Assembly (NCBI GenBank): GCA_030248215.1
Contig: JASANG010000611.1
Coordinates: 620,001-684,000, forward strand
DNA length: 64,000 nt
Origin: Enoplolaimus lenunculus
Lineage: Eukaryota
Reading direction: 5' to 3'
Below, in pieces: positions 57,146-64,000 of the stretch (its first letter is position 1; each line of letters starts with the position of its first letter). The notes under the pieces are model-generated. The model saw only the letters and a list, made by a program, of their open reading frames with translations, was not told the origin of the DNA and made no database searches. The translations under genes and the position numbers were made by a program.

Positions 57146-57593
57146 CTGTAGTGACCCGAATAAGAGGGGGGGACTGATATTTATTTGGCCCCTCCAGAGG
57201 ATAGCCCTATTGTTATTCGGTTACGGACTGTTATTTATTTTTAACCCAAGCTCCTCCGCCTTTCGTTACTGACATATATCCTTTACTGCAATTATCCGTT
57301 GAATTAAACGTTTATTTGTCTTGTGTCAATAACTTGAACGATATTGCAAGGTTATACTTTGGAATGTACTTTCAAAGCTTAAGTACGCTTTAAAGTTTCG
57401 AACTCAAATTATTTGGTCCTGGAGACATTTATGCGCTACAATTAGGGTTAATTGACATTTATGGACTCTAATTAGGGTTTAGGGACTCTATCCGCTTACT
57501 GACTCTTATTAGGGATACGGACTCATATTGATTTGGACTCAAAATGGGGACCCCCTCTTATTACCCCCCCACCTCTTATTCGGGTCAATACAG
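57146..57593. mobile_element. TA-type MITE, copy 2 (opposite orientation to 36985-37435)
   Basis: TIRs CTGTAGTGACCCGAATAAGA / TCTTATTCGGGTCAATACAG; interior matches the reverse complement of 36985-37435. Confidence 0.85.
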
Positions 57594-57722
57594 TACCACG
57601 ACTCATACACTTAAGAGCCGTGCTATAGCCGCTGTGCCTTTCGGGTTTATAACTCTTGGGCACACTTGTGGTACTGTTAATGCACTAGTTAGTCAGATTC
57701 AAAAACCAAAGTTTGTTTTGGG

Positions 57723-58675
57723 GGCCCATGTATACTTGGCTGCTGTCCCAAAATCCCACCGTCCTAGCTAAAAAATTGGAATCTCTTCTTTGTGGTGGGA
57801 TTTTGGGATTTTGTGATTTTGTGATTTCAAAAGAATTCATTGCAAGCAATTCCTTTGGCTTAGTCTTAGGCTTTAGGTTTAGGATTACGCAACGCTTTGG
57901 CTCAAAATTAGGTCTAGGAATTGGCAAGGCTTAATCTTGGGCTTAGGGTTTGGCAAGATTCCGTGGCTTAGGCTTAGGCTTAAGCTGAGGTTTAGACTTC
58001 TTAAGGCATGGGTTTAGGCTTAGGCTTAAGGCATGCGTTTAGGCTTACGCGGAGGCTTAAGAAATAGCCTTTAGTAAAACATAGATTAAATCTTAAATGA
58101 CCCTCAGGCTGAAATCTTGGACTTAGGCTTAGGCTCAGGCTTAGTCATACGCTTGACCTTAGGCTTACGATTTTGCAGCAGGTTTAGTCTTTGGTTAAGC
58201 ATAGATTAGACCGTAAACGACATAGGCTTACGCCTTAAAAAGGCTTCTTTTAAACCTAGATTAGTTCCTAAACGACCCATGCGAGAAATCTAAGCCTCAG
58301 GCGTAGGCTTAGGCTTAGGCTTGAGCTTAGGTTTAGGCTTACGCTTCGGCTTCAGGAGCATCCCACCTTCGACATACCCCGAAATCCTAATCCTATTACG
58401 CTTGGCTTATGCTTGGGTTTGTTTAGGCTTATGCTTCAGGAGCAGTCTTTGGTTTAATTATAGATTAGATCTTAAATGACCCTTGGACTAAACCATACAC
58501 TTAGGCTTAGGCTTAAGCTTGGGCTAAGGTTTAGGGCTAGGCTTTAGGGAGCACCCCACCTTCGACCATATTCCGAAATCCCAAAATCCCACCTTCGACC
58601 ATATCCCGAAATTCCGAATTCCCAAAGTCCCACCTTCGACCATATCCAGAAATCACAAAATCCCAAAATTCCAGG
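57723..58675 (-). mobile_element. Truncated inverted copy of the GGCCCATGT telomere-repeat/satellite element
   Basis: 57723-57855 matches the reverse complement of 32325-32454, then a TTAGGC-like tract, then CCCACCTTCGACCATATCCCGAAAT satellite units; it breaks off at the inversion junction. Confidence 0.85.
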
Positions 58676-58700
58676 AACACCTCCATTAGTATATAATAAA

Positions 58701-64000
<5,300 letters not shown>

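Overview
Eukaryotic, AT-rich, intron- and MITE-rich animal DNA, probably from a nematode (inferred from GCCTAA/TTAGGC telomere-like tracts, TTTTCAG acceptors and a SUP-9/TASK-type channel). Genes rebuilt by hand from splice sites: a 7-exon, highly divergent SLC6 transporter-like gene (+, 3316-10985); a TMCO1 gene of which only the first four coding exons are visible (-, 15813-17511); a 9-exon transaldolase head-to-head with it (+, 20204-23740); two unassigned multi-exon genes (-); and a 2-exon TASK/SUP-9 K2P potassium channel with a very long C-tail (-, 51873-55651). The last 5.3 kb is an inverted copy of 51164-56902 with a steep deletion gradient, most likely a fold-back read or assembly artefact. 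Best leads: (i) a 2.64-kb TIR element with a perfect 8-bp TSD whose cargo is a G-rich satellite plus degenerate telomere repeats, (ii) a densely base-paired ~600-nt non-coding island between TMCO1 and transaldolase, (iii) the SLC6 with degenerate ion/substrate motifs, (iv) the half TMCO1 gene, (v) a piggyBac-type MITE carrying tRNA-like A/B boxes. All calls are from reading by eye; no database search or folding program was run.
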